A stretch of 64,000 nt of DNA from Candidatus Binataceae bacterium (GTDB lineage Bacteria > Desulfobacterota > Binatia > Binatales > Binataceae): NCBI GenBank assembly GCA_035295545.1, contig DATGIT010000004.1, positions 90,217-154,216 on the forward strand. The letters run 5' to 3'. A model generated the notes under the pieces. That model was not told the DNA's origin and did not search any database. It saw only the letters and a program-made list of their open reading frames with translations. The translations under genes and the position numbers were made by a program. Of this stretch, positions 55,186 to 64,000 are shown piece after piece. Each line of letters opens with the position of its first letter. Positions within the stretch are counted from its first letter, which is position 1.

Positions 55186-56295
55186 ATGAAATTCGGCATC
55201 TTCTACGAGATTTCCGTGCCGCGGCCCTGGGAGCGCGACACCGAGAAGCGCGTCTATGACAATTGCCTCGAGCAGGTGATGCTCGCCGACGAACTCGGCT
55301 TCGACCAGGTATGGGCAGTCGAGCATCATTTTCTCGAAGAGTATTCGCACTGCTCGGCGCCGGAGATTTTCCTTACCGCGTGCGCGATGAAGACCCGCAA
55401 CATCCGTATCGGACACGGCATCATCGTATGCGTCCCGCAGTTCAACCATCCGATCAAAATCGCCGAGCGCACCGCGACGATGGACATCGTGTCGGGCGGC
55501 CGGCTCGAGGTTGGAACCGGACGCTCGGCCACCTGGACCGAGCTTGGCGGCTTCAACGTCAATCCCGATGAGACCAAGAAAACCTGGGACGAAATCGTCC
55601 ATTGCCTGCCCAAGATGTGGACCCGGGAGCGCTTCGGCTACGAGGGCCGCTCGTGGTCGATGCCGGTGCGCACGATCCTGCCCAAGCCCTACCAGAAGCC
55701 GCATCCGCCGCTGTGGGTCGCGGTCACCAGTCCCGGCACGGAAATCGATGCGGCGGAGCGCGGGATGGGCAGCCTCGGGCTGACCTTCGGCTCGTTCAAG
55801 GAGCAGGCCGAGAAGGTGAAGAACTACCGCCGCATCATCCGCAACTGCGAGCCGGTCGGCGAATTCGTCAACGAGAAAGTCAGCACGGTCAATTTCCTGT
55901 ACTGCCACGAGGAGACCGACAAGGGCGTCAAGCACGGACGCCGTCTGCTCGGAACGTTCAACTTCCTTGCTGCGCAATTGCTCGCCGCGCGCGAGGCCTA
56001 TCCGACCAAATCATATCCGTCGCTTGGATTGTTGCCCACGCTGCGCCAGGAAGCCGCGGGGCCGGGTGACGATCACGGCGTGCCCGAGGGAATCGCGATC
56101 GGCGATCCCGAACGCGTGCTGCGCGCGTGCAAGAACTGGGAGTCGGTCGGCGTGGACCGCGTGAACTTCCTGCTGAACGCGCTCGAGACGATTCCGCAAA
56201 ACGACGTGCTCGAGAGCCTGCGCACGTTCGCCAAACACGTGATGCCGCACTTCCGCGACGACACCCAGGCCGCCGCCGCGGCGGGAGGCCGCTGA
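55186..56295 (+). CDS. Luciferase-like (LLM class) flavin-dependent oxidoreductase
   Basis: GAGGTGAGGTGA SD upstream. MKFGIFYEISVPRPW, FDQVWAVEHHF, GGRLEVGTGRS and HPPLWVAV. The ORF-track start at 54976 is rejected. Confidence 0.8.
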   Translation: MKFGIFYEISVPRPWERDTEKRVYDNCLEQVMLADELGFDQVWAVEHHFLEEYSHCSAPEIFLTACAMKTRNIRIGHGIIVCVPQFNHPIKIAERTATMDIVSGGRLEVGTGRSATWTELGGFNVNPDETKKTWDEIVHCLPKMWTRERFGYEGRSWSMPVRTILPKPYQKPHPPLWVAVTSPGTEIDAAERGMGSLGLTFGSFKEQAEKVKNYRRIIRNCEPVGEFVNEKVSTVNFLYCHEETDKGVKHGRRLLGTFNFLAAQLLAAREAYPTKSYPSLGLLPTLRQEAAGPGDDHGVPEGIAIGDPERVLRACKNWESVGVDRVNFLLNALETIPQNDVLESLRTFAKHVMPHFRDDTQAAAAAGGR

Positions 56296-57056
56296 TGCCG
56301 CCGCGACTGGGAAAGCTCGACGCCGAAGCCTTCGCCAAGGCCGGCGCCCACGAAATTCTCGGCTACAAGACCGAGCCGTGGACCCTGAAGAAGGCGCAAA
56401 TCCTGAATCTCAACCATGAGATCGACGACGACCTCGGCGACTTCCTGCTGCCGCGCACGATGCATCCGGCGATCCCGGCCTACGCGACCTTCACCGTCGT
56501 CGTCTGCGCGGAGAGCCCGGTCGGCGGATTCGCGCTCGGCGAGGTCAAGGTTGCGGGCCGCGCCGGCGTGCGGCCGCGCGACTTCGTGTTGCGCAGCTTC
56601 TGCGACAACGCCGACGCGCGCCGCGAGCTCGCGCAGCGCTGGGGCTATCCCACCGCGCCGGGCGAGGTGAAATTGACCGCGCGTCACGATCGCGTGATCG
56701 GAACCATCGTCGCCGACGGCCGCAGCGTCCTCGAGATGGAGATGCTCGATCGCGACATGATCTCCGGCAACGACATCCAGTACCTCGCGAGCATGCACCT
56801 TGCGCGCAACCGGGACGACGGCCAACTGGTGCTGGTGCAGGTCGATCCTGAGTTCACTTTCGCGCACGCGGAGCGCGGACGTCCTCTGATACGCATGCTC
56901 GACAGCGCCGCGTGCGGCGACACGGGCGGCCATCTCAAGCTGCGCAATCCGATTTCGATGAGCTACGCAATCGCGGATATCGCGCTGCCGAAGATCCGCT
57001 TCATCTGCGATCCCGAACGCCCGGCCTTCCAGGGCACCACCAGGGTAGCGGCCTAG
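56295..57056 (+). CDS. Acetoacetate decarboxylase (ADC) family protein, tentative
   Basis: The ATG overlaps the TGA of the LLM gene (TGATG). ESPVGGFALGEV...RRELAQRWGYPTAPGEV resembles the ADC-family core (sPvGpY.E ... GRE.wGfPK). 253 aa. Confidence 0.5.
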   Translation: MPPRLGKLDAEAFAKAGAHEILGYKTEPWTLKKAQILNLNHEIDDDLGDFLLPRTMHPAIPAYATFTVVVCAESPVGGFALGEVKVAGRAGVRPRDFVLRSFCDNADARRELAQRWGYPTAPGEVKLTARHDRVIGTIVADGRSVLEMEMLDRDMISGNDIQYLASMHLARNRDDGQLVLVQVDPEFTFAHAERGRPLIRMLDSAACGDTGGHLKLRNPISMSYAIADIALPKIRFICDPERPAFQGTTRVAA

Positions 57057-57083
57057 CGCGCCGGATTCCGGCAGGAGGCACAA

Positions 57084-57458
57084 ATGTCAGAGCGTTATCT
57101 CAGGCCACGGGTCACCACCGTATCCACCGGAATTCCCGGCCGCCACATCTGGAGCGCCCGGCACAATCACGTCGTGATCGATGACATGGCGGAGCACGGC
57201 GGTCCCGGCGATGAACCCGGCGCGGGCGAACTGTTTCTTGCCGGGATCACCGGATGCGCGACGATGATGGTCGAGCGGCTGGCGCGCGCCGCCAATGCGC
57301 CGCTCAAGCGAGTCGAGGTCAGCATGGAAGGCGTGATCGACACGCAGGCCAGGCGCGAGGGACCGGCAGTGTTCGAAAGCGCGCGGCTCAAGTTCGTCAT
57401 CGCGGGCCTGAGCGAGCAGCAGGCGCGCGAAATGGTCGAGACCTACAAGCATCGTTGA
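57084..57458 (+). CDS. OsmC/Ohr family peroxiredoxin-like protein
   Basis: 124 aa. PGAGELFLAGITGCATMMVERLA and ARLKFVIAGLSEQQAREMVE fit the OsmC fold with the first conserved Cys. Confidence 0.75.
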   Translation: MSERYLRPRVTTVSTGIPGRHIWSARHNHVVIDDMAEHGGPGDEPGAGELFLAGITGCATMMVERLARAANAPLKRVEVSMEGVIDTQARREGPAVFESARLKFVIAGLSEQQAREMVETYKHR

Positions 57459-57723
57459 CCGCTTTACGGATCGGTCGCGGTCGCGACCGCCAATACCGTC
57501 GTCGACCTCGAGGTCCAACCGGGCTGACGCGGGCGCGCGGTTCGAAGCGCGCAGCCTGCGAGCCGCTCCTGCCCGAATAGAATTGGCAGGCGCCGGCGTG
57601 GCTTGATTCGGATTCCCGGCCTGCTTCGGATAGGCTCCGGGTTCCGATTCTCCTCGAAGCCGTGGTGTGCGAACCTTGCATAGCGCGGGCGCGGTCGAAA
57701 ACCCGCGCGCGGAGTGCTCGGCC

Positions 57724-59004
57724 ATGCCCAAGGCGCCGCTCGATTACCAGGCTCGTTTTCCGATCGATTTCGCCGATATCGATCCGTCGGCTCGGCAGAC
57801 GATTGTGCAGCTCTACACGGCGGACGGCGCCAAAGCGCGCGCGATCCTCTATCGGCCAGCGCAAGGAAATCCGCGCACCGTAGTTTTGGCAGCGCATCCG
57901 CGCGCCGATTTCGCGCAGCATTACACCATCCCCTATTGGATCGATGCGGGATTCGCGGTCTGCGCGCTCAATACGCGCTATCTCAACAACGACGCCATGA
58001 TGCTGCACGAAAACCTCTTGCTCGACATCGCCGCGGCGATGCGATTCCTGCGCGAAGAGGAGGGTTTCGCGCACATCGTGATGCTGGGGAACTCGGGCGG
58101 CGGCTCGCTGTTCGCCTACTACGAGGCGCAAGCGCGAGCGCCCTCCGGCGCACGCGTCAGCTCTCCGCCCGGCGGCGGCCCTCCCGACCTGAACCGCTCC
58201 GATCTGCCGGCGGCGGACGGCCTCATCCTGCTCGCGGCGCATCCGGGGCAAGGCATGGTGCTGATGGGATCGATCGATCCCGCGGTGGCCGACGAGCATG
58301 ACCCGTTCGCGAGCGATCCCGAACTTGACATGTACGACGAACGTAATGGCTATCGTCCGCCGCCCGAACCTAGCCGTTACACGCGGCAGTGGCTCGAGCG
58401 CTACCGAGCGGCACAGCGGGCGCGCGTCGCGCGCCTCGATGCGATCGCGCGCGCCGCTTTGGCCGACGCCGAGCGGGCGCGCGCCGCATCGAAGTCGGCG
58501 GATTTCGCCGCGGCCGCTCCCGCAACCCGCTCCGCCGCGCGGCGCCACGCGATGAACCCGCAGATGATGGTCATCTACCGCACGCAGGCGAATCCGGCCT
58601 ACCTCGACCTTACGATCGATCCGTCCGAGCGCGAGCCGGGTTCGATCTTTTCTCCCCGGCCGGACCTTTACAATTACCATGCATTCGGTCTCGCGCGTGT
58701 CGTCACGCCCGCGGCATGGCTATCCACGTGGTCGGGACTGTCCTCGCATGCCAATCTCATACGAAACCTGCCCGCGGCGACAGTGCCGACGCTGGTAGTC
58801 GGAGCAATGGCGGATCAGGACATCTTTATTGCCGATGCCCAGGCGCAGTTAGCGGCGTCCGGCGCGGCGGACAAGTCGCTGGAAATGATCGAAGGCGTGG
58901 ACCACTTCATGCGCGCGGGCGGCAAGCGTGCGCAGCTTGGCGATCCGCGTCCGCGCCTGATGAAGGTGCTTTGCGAATGGACGCGCGAGCGCTTTCCGAC
59001 CTAG
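57724..59004 (+). CDS. Alpha/beta hydrolase family protein (hypothetical)
   Basis: I chose the start at ATG 57724. VVLAAHPRADF, the nucleophile-elbow-like MLGNSGGGS, and a late DQDIF...DHF. Confidence 0.65.
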   Translation: MPKAPLDYQARFPIDFADIDPSARQTIVQLYTADGAKARAILYRPAQGNPRTVVLAAHPRADFAQHYTIPYWIDAGFAVCALNTRYLNNDAMMLHENLLLDIAAAMRFLREEEGFAHIVMLGNSGGGSLFAYYEAQARAPSGARVSSPPGGGPPDLNRSDLPAADGLILLAAHPGQGMVLMGSIDPAVADEHDPFASDPELDMYDERNGYRPPPEPSRYTRQWLERYRAAQRARVARLDAIARAALADAERARAASKSADFAAAAPATRSAARRHAMNPQMMVIYRTQANPAYLDLTIDPSEREPGSIFSPRPDLYNYHAFGLARVVTPAAWLSTWSGLSSHANLIRNLPAATVPTLVVGAMADQDIFIADAQAQLAASGAADKSLEMIEGVDHFMRAGGKRAQLGDPRPRLMKVLCEWTRERFPT

Positions 59005-59225
59005 ACCGAGATTTTGTTTTTTTATTGTGCTCAGCCCGACGTGCGCGAGCTTTGGCCTTACTATGGAACGCCATTGTCGCATCGCGCGCCGTTCTCCCAA
59101 GCTGCCCAGTTGCATAGCCATCGGCGCGTAAGAAATGCAGATGCTGCACGGTTTGTCGGGCATGCGGGCTCTTCTCCAGCCTCGTTTCGCAGTGAAAACA
59201 CGAAAGCATCAAGGTAGTTAAGAAC

Positions 59226-59241
59226 GGCTCCATAATTGCAG
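59226..59241 (+). promoter_or_regulatory. Candidate sigma54 (-24/-12) promoter for the BON-domain gene
   Basis: CGGCTC-CATAA-TTGCA has GG and a perfect TTGCA at exact spacing, with two mismatches in the -24 flank. It lies 53 nt upstream of ATG 59294. Confidence 0.45.
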
Positions 59242-59293
59242 AACACTGAGTCATTAATGTCTCTTCGGCCAAAGATCCATACGGAGGTACAAT

Positions 59294-59710
59294 ATGGCTG
59301 TGTTTAAGATGAGCATTGCGGTTCTCGCTATGGCTTTCGTTGTAAGTATTGCACCGTTTGCGTTCGCGCAGTCCGCTGATTCGGGCAACGCGAGCGGGCA
59401 TTCGGCCTCGAGCTCGATGAGATCTGCGGGGCATTCTGCCGAGGGCGCGGTCTCTCATACCTACCACGCGGCCAAAACCGCGGCCGAGGACACAGCGATC
59501 ACGACCAGGGTAAAAATGGCCCTGCACGAGGACAAACTGACGCACGGCCAGGATATACATGTTGACACCTATGGCGGCGTGGTGACCTTGAGCGGAATGG
59601 CGCCAAGCGCTCGCGTGGCGGATCGCGCCGTGGCCCTTACAAAGGAAACCCGAGGAGTGCAGAGCGTGAAAAACGCGATCACCGTCGGCTCGAGGAGTTC
59701 GATGCGCTGA
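59294..59710 (+). CDS. BON domain protein (OsmY-like periplasmic stress protein)
   Basis: GGAGG SD upstream. Signal peptide MSIAVLAMAFVVSIAPFAFA. BON core DTAITTRVKMALHED...IHVDTYGGVVTLSGMAPS...A..LTKETRGVQSVKNAI. Confidence 0.85.
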   Translation: MAVFKMSIAVLAMAFVVSIAPFAFAQSADSGNASGHSASSSMRSAGHSAEGAVSHTYHAAKTAAEDTAITTRVKMALHEDKLTHGQDIHVDTYGGVVTLSGMAPSARVADRAVALTKETRGVQSVKNAITVGSRSSMR

Positions 59711-59836
59711 GCCGCGGTTGCGGATGCACGCCGTCGCGGCCAGCGGCGGAGCGGTGCGCGAGCCGCTCCGTCTCTCCGACCGCGGTCCATCGGCATGCGC
59801 GGATCCTCGCCCGGCGTGCAGCCGGGTGATGGCCGC

Positions 59837-59866
59837 GCGGCGGCGCGCCCTATGACGCGCCGCCGC
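59837..59866. terminator. Perfect 11-bp GC hairpin between convergent genes (possible bidirectional terminator/stabiliser)
   Basis: GCGGCGGCGCG-ccctatga-CGCGCCGCCGC, read directly from the sequence. There is no U-tract on either strand, so intrinsic terminator function is uncertain. Confidence 0.3.
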
Positions 59867-59916
59867 CGTGCGACCTGAGCCCTCGTCCGCGGAGTGCGCG
59901 CACGGAATGCGCGCTA

Positions 59917-61296
59917 TCAGCGCCCGAGCTGCTCGAGCGCCTGCATGGTGCAGAAATCGCCGAACAGGTGCGGATCGTTGATTTTGGTCGCGTAGCCCTC
60001 GATCTGCTGAGCCAGTTGCAGCCGCGACATCTGGTTGCTTTGCAGGTCGTGAGCGTGTACGTGAGTCCAGCTCCAGAAATTGTCCGGCACGCCCTCGATC
60101 CATTTCATCCCGGGCCGGCGCTTATAGAAGTCGAAGCCGCCCTCCCACTGCTGCCACATCCTGCCCTGTCGATCGAAGGTGATCATGGTCAACGGGCATA
60201 GCGTCCGCGCGTCGTACCAGATGCGTTTTTTGCTCATCGGCGCGCGCGGGTATGAGGTCGGCGATAATTCCACCACGTAGGCCTCGGGGACCAGTTCCAT
60301 GCGGGTGCGGAAGTACTTGGTTCCGCTTTTGCCGCCGCAGGTCTTGTGCAGCCAGTTCGGATTCTCCAGGTCCGAACAATGAGAGGCACAGGTCAGCACC
60401 GGACCTTTGCCGACCAGTTTGAAGTTCCCCCAGGTCAGCAGCGGATCCCCGGCCATCCAGTACTCGGTCGCAAAGTAGGTATTGCCGGGAAACAGCGGCT
60501 CGAAGCGTTGATCCACGGGCAGGCTGCGCACCCGCTTGGTAAACGGCGTCCATGCATAAAACTGCGGCAGCTTGTGCTGATCGTAGGCCCACACCTGAAG
60601 AAAGGACGATCCCGCGACATCTTCCGGCGCGGTCAGGAGATCGCCGGTCGCGCGCAGTTGGGTTTCGTGGCCCGGCATGTACGGATGCGGATCCAGCACC
60701 AGCCGTCCAACGGTTTGCCATTCGACAAAATACGAATGATATACGTATTCGGTATATCCATCCGCGTCGGTGTCTGAATCGATCACGGCATGTGCCTGCG
60801 CGTCGTGCTTACACCAGCTGAGCGTATTGGCCATCATGCACTCTTCGGCGGTCCGGGGTTGAGGAAATGGATTGCCGCCAATCCACGGTTTGTGCGCCAG
60901 GGTGTAAACGTTGCCGTCGGGGAAAATTTTGTGCTTGCCACGATTGGCGATGGTCGCATGCAGATAGGCGACCGGTGTCAGCCTGGTGAGATCGGTTTCG
61001 GTTGGCGCAAGATCGACCAGGCGCCCGTCGTGTTTGATCTGCCAGTAGGCCGCCGGGTCGAGCAGGTCCTTGACCATATCCACGTTCTCGGCGCTCAAGA
61101 CCTCGCCGGCTTTGAGCTTGCCCTTGGTGTACTGCTCCAACGAGAGCAGCTCGGGCGGATAGGCGGCCTCGCAAGAACCGGTTCCGGCGATCGTCTGCCA
61201 CAACGGAGCGATCACGCCTGCGGCGAACACTCCGCGCGCCGCCTGCTCGAGAAAATGCCGCCGCGTCCAGCCGTCAGAGTACTTTGTAAGGTGCAC
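59917..61296 (-). CDS. DUF1329 family (LolA-like fold) periplasmic protein with a Tat signal
   Basis: GTG start follows AGGAGAG. Twin-arginine motif TRRHFLEQAARGVFAAGV. The length (459 aa) and KKRIWYDARTL..ITFDRQGRMWQQWEGG fit the DUF1329 pattern from memory. Confidence 0.65.
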   Translation of the reverse strand: MHLTKYSDGWTRRHFLEQAARGVFAAGVIAPLWQTIAGTGSCEAAYPPELLSLEQYTKGKLKAGEVLSAENVDMVKDLLDPAAYWQIKHDGRLVDLAPTETDLTRLTPVAYLHATIANRGKHKIFPDGNVYTLAHKPWIGGNPFPQPRTAEECMMANTLSWCKHDAQAHAVIDSDTDADGYTEYVYHSYFVEWQTVGRLVLDPHPYMPGHETQLRATGDLLTAPEDVAGSSFLQVWAYDQHKLPQFYAWTPFTKRVRSLPVDQRFEPLFPGNTYFATEYWMAGDPLLTWGNFKLVGKGPVLTCASHCSDLENPNWLHKTCGGKSGTKYFRTRMELVPEAYVVELSPTSYPRAPMSKKRIWYDARTLCPLTMITFDRQGRMWQQWEGGFDFYKRRPGMKWIEGVPDNFWSWTHVHAHDLQSNQMSRLQLAQQIEGYATKINDPHLFGDFCTMQALEQLGR

Positions 61297-61366
61297 GTTG
61301 GCTCTCCTGCAAAACGGAATGAACCTTTCTCATTAGCTCCGACGATGCCAACGCGCGCGCTATTCA

Positions 61367-61394
61367 CAGTGCTCCTAATCTCAGTGCTCCTAAT
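61367..61394. repeat. Tandem direct repeat CAGTGCTCCTAAT x2 (15-bp phase)
   Basis: The copies are at 61367-61379 and 61382-61394. On the coding (minus) strand each copy reads ATTAGGAGCACTG and carries an AGGAG. It lies in the RND-DUF1329 spacer. Confidence 0.8.
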
Positions 61395-61476
61395 GAGGCA
61401 TGAAGCGCGCGCCGACCGTGGCGATCAAGCCGGGTGCAAGGCACAGGCGGCTGAGCCAGGTGCGCGAACGCACCAC

Positions 61477-63846
61477 TCAATGGTGCATGAGCTTCAGACG
61501 TCCCAGGAAGCGCGGCTTTATTATCGTGACTTCCAAGGGAAGGACGGTCAGCGCGAGCAGCCAGTTAAACGCCATCACCAGCGCCAATAGCAGGCCCATC
61601 TCGGCGAGAAAGCGCAGATTCGACAGAAAATACCAGGGCAGGACGCTTATCACCATGGTGAGCGCGATGAACGAAATCGCCTCACCCGTCGTGAGTATCG
61701 CGCGGGTGGCCGCCGCCGCAACATCGCCGTCGCCGGCCGCCTGATATTCCTCACAGATGCGGCTCAGCAGGTAAATGCCGTAGTCGATGCCGACGCCGAG
61801 GCCGACCGCCACCACCGGCAGAGTGTTGAGATCCAGCCCCATGCCGCGCAGAAACATGACTGAGTCGTTGGCGAACTGCGCAAAAGCCAGCGGCACCAGC
61901 AGCAGGATGGCGGCGACCGGCGAATAGTAAGTGGCCGTGACCATCACGAAGATCGCGGCCAGCAGATAGCCCATAATGCGCCAGTTGGCGCGCGCCACGA
62001 CATGATCGGTCGCGTATTGCAACGCCACCGGGCCGGCGGCGAGACGGATCCGGCATACCGGCGAGCCGCTCGGCGCGGCGGTCTGCGCCAGCGCTGCCCT
62101 TACCGCGGCCATCGCGCGGTTGACGCTGCTCGCGCGCAGATCCTTGTACCAGAGCACCACGTCGCCGCTGCGCATGTCAGGAGTGGCCAGCTGCGCGACG
62201 TCCTCGAGGCTGTGTCCGGCCAGGGTCCAGAAAAGGTCGTTGGCCACGGTGCGCTTGCTCAGGTCGACGGGCAACCACTTGGGATCGCCTCCGTTCACCA
62301 GGCGATTGGTGCGCGGCAGCAGATCCGCGATCGAAAAGCTCGCCTGCGCGCCATGCATCCGCGCCATCGCGCGCTCGAAACGCCGCATCGAGGCGTAGGT
62401 CGCCGGATACGCGAGCGCATGCGGAACTCTCCCCTGCCAGACCACGTTGAAGGTTACCGTGCCCGCCAGGTTGCGATCGATGTGCGCCTCGGCGACGTTG
62501 AATTCGTTGTTCGGCCAGAGCAGCGGGCTGCCGACGCTGACATTGCCCACCTGGCGCTCGAGCGATCCGGTCAGCGCCAGGAGGGCCAGGACGATCAGCG
62601 CGCAGGCGGAAACCCTGCGCCACCCTGGCGCGAGCAGCCGCAGCAAGCCGCGCTGGACCCGCCCCGCCAACGCGACGATCAACGACGGTGTCTCGTGCCG
62701 GACAAAGACGCCTACATCGATCGGGGCCGGCATCACCGCGAGCAGGGCGGGCGTCAGCAGGACGACCGAGGGAATCAGCAACAGCGACCACGTCCCGCAG
62801 AGCTGTCCCAGGTTCCGGATAATCGGGATCGGCGCGAGAAACAGCATGAACAGTCCCGCTGCATCGCACAGGATGCCGAGGCAGGCCGGCGCGAACATCG
62901 AGTTCAGGGCCTCGACCGCGGCAACGTCGCGTCTGGCGTATCGGTCGAGGGTCTCGTAATAGCGGCGCGTTATCTGCACCGAATGGCTGAGCGCGCGCGC
63001 CATCAACAGCACCGGAACCACCAGCGTCAGCGGTTCCAGGCCGAGACCCATCCAACCGCCTGCGCCAATGCCCCAGATGGTGGATACGGCGGCGACGATC
63101 AGCGGGGTCGCCGCGCCGGCCAGGCTGCGCATGTAATCAATCAGCGCCAGCGCCACCAGCGCGAAGGAAATCACGAAGATGAAGACCGCCTCATTTCCGT
63201 AATGCTGCACCCATCCGATCAGCATCACGCGCCCCGCCGGATAAAACTCGACCTCCGGAGTCTTCGCCCGCCGCAGCATTTCGTGAACGTCGTTGAAGAC
63301 CGTCGCGTAGTCGATGCCGTCTTCGTGAAAGCCCGCCTCGAGCAGCGCCGCGCTCTCGTCGCGCGAGACCAGGATGCCGGTCACCCCGCGCGCCTCACGC
63401 ACGCGCGCTCTAATCTGCGCCGCCTCGCGCGCCGTGCGCGGCGGCCGATCCGGCATCACTGCGACGGACTCGAGTCCGCTCGGCGTCGCGCGCGCCACCC
63501 GGATCTTGCTCGACGCAATCGAGGTCACGCTTACGTGGTCGACATCGGGAATCAGATCGATCTGACGCGTCAGGCGGTAGATCGTATCCAGCACCGAGGG
63601 CGTGTAGATGGTGCCGCGGGTGGCCTTGATCAGAATCTGAACGTTGAGCGGTTCGGCGAAGCGCTCATAGCGCTTGAAGACTTGCACGATCGGATTGTGC
63701 AGAGGCAGGAGGTCGGCAAATCGTGTGCCGATCGGCATGCGCGCCGCGCCTGCCGCCAGCACGGCGGTCACCAAAAGACACAGCGCGAGATACCAGTTGC
63801 GGGCCCGAATCAGCCGCGAAGCGCCCCTGGTAACCCACGAGCCCAT
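61477..63846 (-). CDS. RND/MMPL superfamily exporter (HpnN-like, 12-TM with sterol-sensing-type bundle)
   Basis: 789 aa. There are two repeats of one TM helix, a large periplasmic loop and five TM helices. Motifs include GIDYGIYLLSR and ALSHSVQITRRYYE. It is followed on the same strand by the DUF1329 gene. Confidence 0.8.
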   Translation of the reverse strand: MGSWVTRGASRLIRARNWYLALCLLVTAVLAAGAARMPIGTRFADLLPLHNPIVQVFKRYERFAEPLNVQILIKATRGTIYTPSVLDTIYRLTRQIDLIPDVDHVSVTSIASSKIRVARATPSGLESVAVMPDRPPRTAREAAQIRARVREARGVTGILVSRDESAALLEAGFHEDGIDYATVFNDVHEMLRRAKTPEVEFYPAGRVMLIGWVQHYGNEAVFIFVISFALVALALIDYMRSLAGAATPLIVAAVSTIWGIGAGGWMGLGLEPLTLVVPVLLMARALSHSVQITRRYYETLDRYARRDVAAVEALNSMFAPACLGILCDAAGLFMLFLAPIPIIRNLGQLCGTWSLLLIPSVVLLTPALLAVMPAPIDVGVFVRHETPSLIVALAGRVQRGLLRLLAPGWRRVSACALIVLALLALTGSLERQVGNVSVGSPLLWPNNEFNVAEAHIDRNLAGTVTFNVVWQGRVPHALAYPATYASMRRFERAMARMHGAQASFSIADLLPRTNRLVNGGDPKWLPVDLSKRTVANDLFWTLAGHSLEDVAQLATPDMRSGDVVLWYKDLRASSVNRAMAAVRAALAQTAAPSGSPVCRIRLAAGPVALQYATDHVVARANWRIMGYLLAAIFVMVTATYYSPVAAILLLVPLAFAQFANDSVMFLRGMGLDLNTLPVVAVGLGVGIDYGIYLLSRICEEYQAAGDGDVAAAATRAILTTGEAISFIALTMVISVLPWYFLSNLRFLAEMGLLLALVMAFNWLLALTVLPLEVTIIKPRFLGRLKLMHH

Positions 63847-64000
63847 CGATCCTAGGCTTCCAGTGGCGCCGCCGGCGGTGTCGCTGCGGGGTTCATCAAA
63901 CGTTCGCGTGGGGGCGGGCGCTCACGCCCGGGAGCAGTCATAGGTTTCGACGTTGCGCCGCCGGCCTTATTCAAGATGCGCCGCGCGCGCCGCATTGCAT

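Noticed and set aside
62002-63855. 617-aa plus-strand ORF antisense to the RND exporter. The same reasoning covers 45673-47139, 47732-49261, 14892-16283, 57397-58680 and 58907-60103.
   Set aside because: All are Arg/His/Gln-rich antisense frames of genes with clear homology-type signatures, as expected in GC-rich DNA where stop codons are rare.

Overview
This is a high-GC bacterial chromosomal segment (about two-thirds G+C by eye), gene-dense on both strands. I recognise about 55 protein-coding genes and two decayed gene remnants. I found no rRNA, tRNA, CRISPR array, transposase or integrase.

Layout:
(i) 1-10.6 kb holds lipid A 4-amino-4-deoxy-L-arabinose (arn) genes. arnA is split into two ORFs, followed by arnC, a DUF799-like lipoprotein and arnT. 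Then come a rodZ-like gene, purE, murF, and an arnD whose start overlaps the murF 3' end.
(ii) 10.6-25.8 kb is a dense oxidoreductase/hydrolase island of unknown substrate. It has three amidohydrolase_2 genes, luciferase-like monooxygenases, two alpha/beta hydrolases, an SCP2-like protein, an FAD oxidoreductase, AKR, SDR, an HCCA-isomerase-like protein and a serine hydrolase.
(iii) 25.8-42.3 kb is a signalling/envelope region. It has three hybrid histidine kinases, a CheY-like receiver, an NtrC-type sigma54 activator, a KimA-type K+ transporter and an orphan ExeA-like AAA+ ATPase with a LysM domain. It also has a row of small exported low-complexity proteins in a lower-GC patch.
(iv) 42.3-64 kb holds treY-treZ, gentisate dioxygenase, AKR, yjbQ, an LEH-like gene, more LLM genes, glgP, an LLM-ADC-OsmC group, a BON protein and a Tat-DUF1329/RND exporter pair.

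The most interesting signal is regulatory. A set of -24/-12 (sigma54-type) promoter matches, including one perfect TGGCAC-N5-TTGCT, sits 45-75 nt upstream of the ExeA-like gene and several small envelope/stress genes; another lies upstream of the activator gene itself. This suggests an undescribed sigma54-wired envelope/osmostress module.

All functional calls come from my own recognition of motifs in the supplied translations, not from database searches. The taxon cannot be fixed from this sequence alone.
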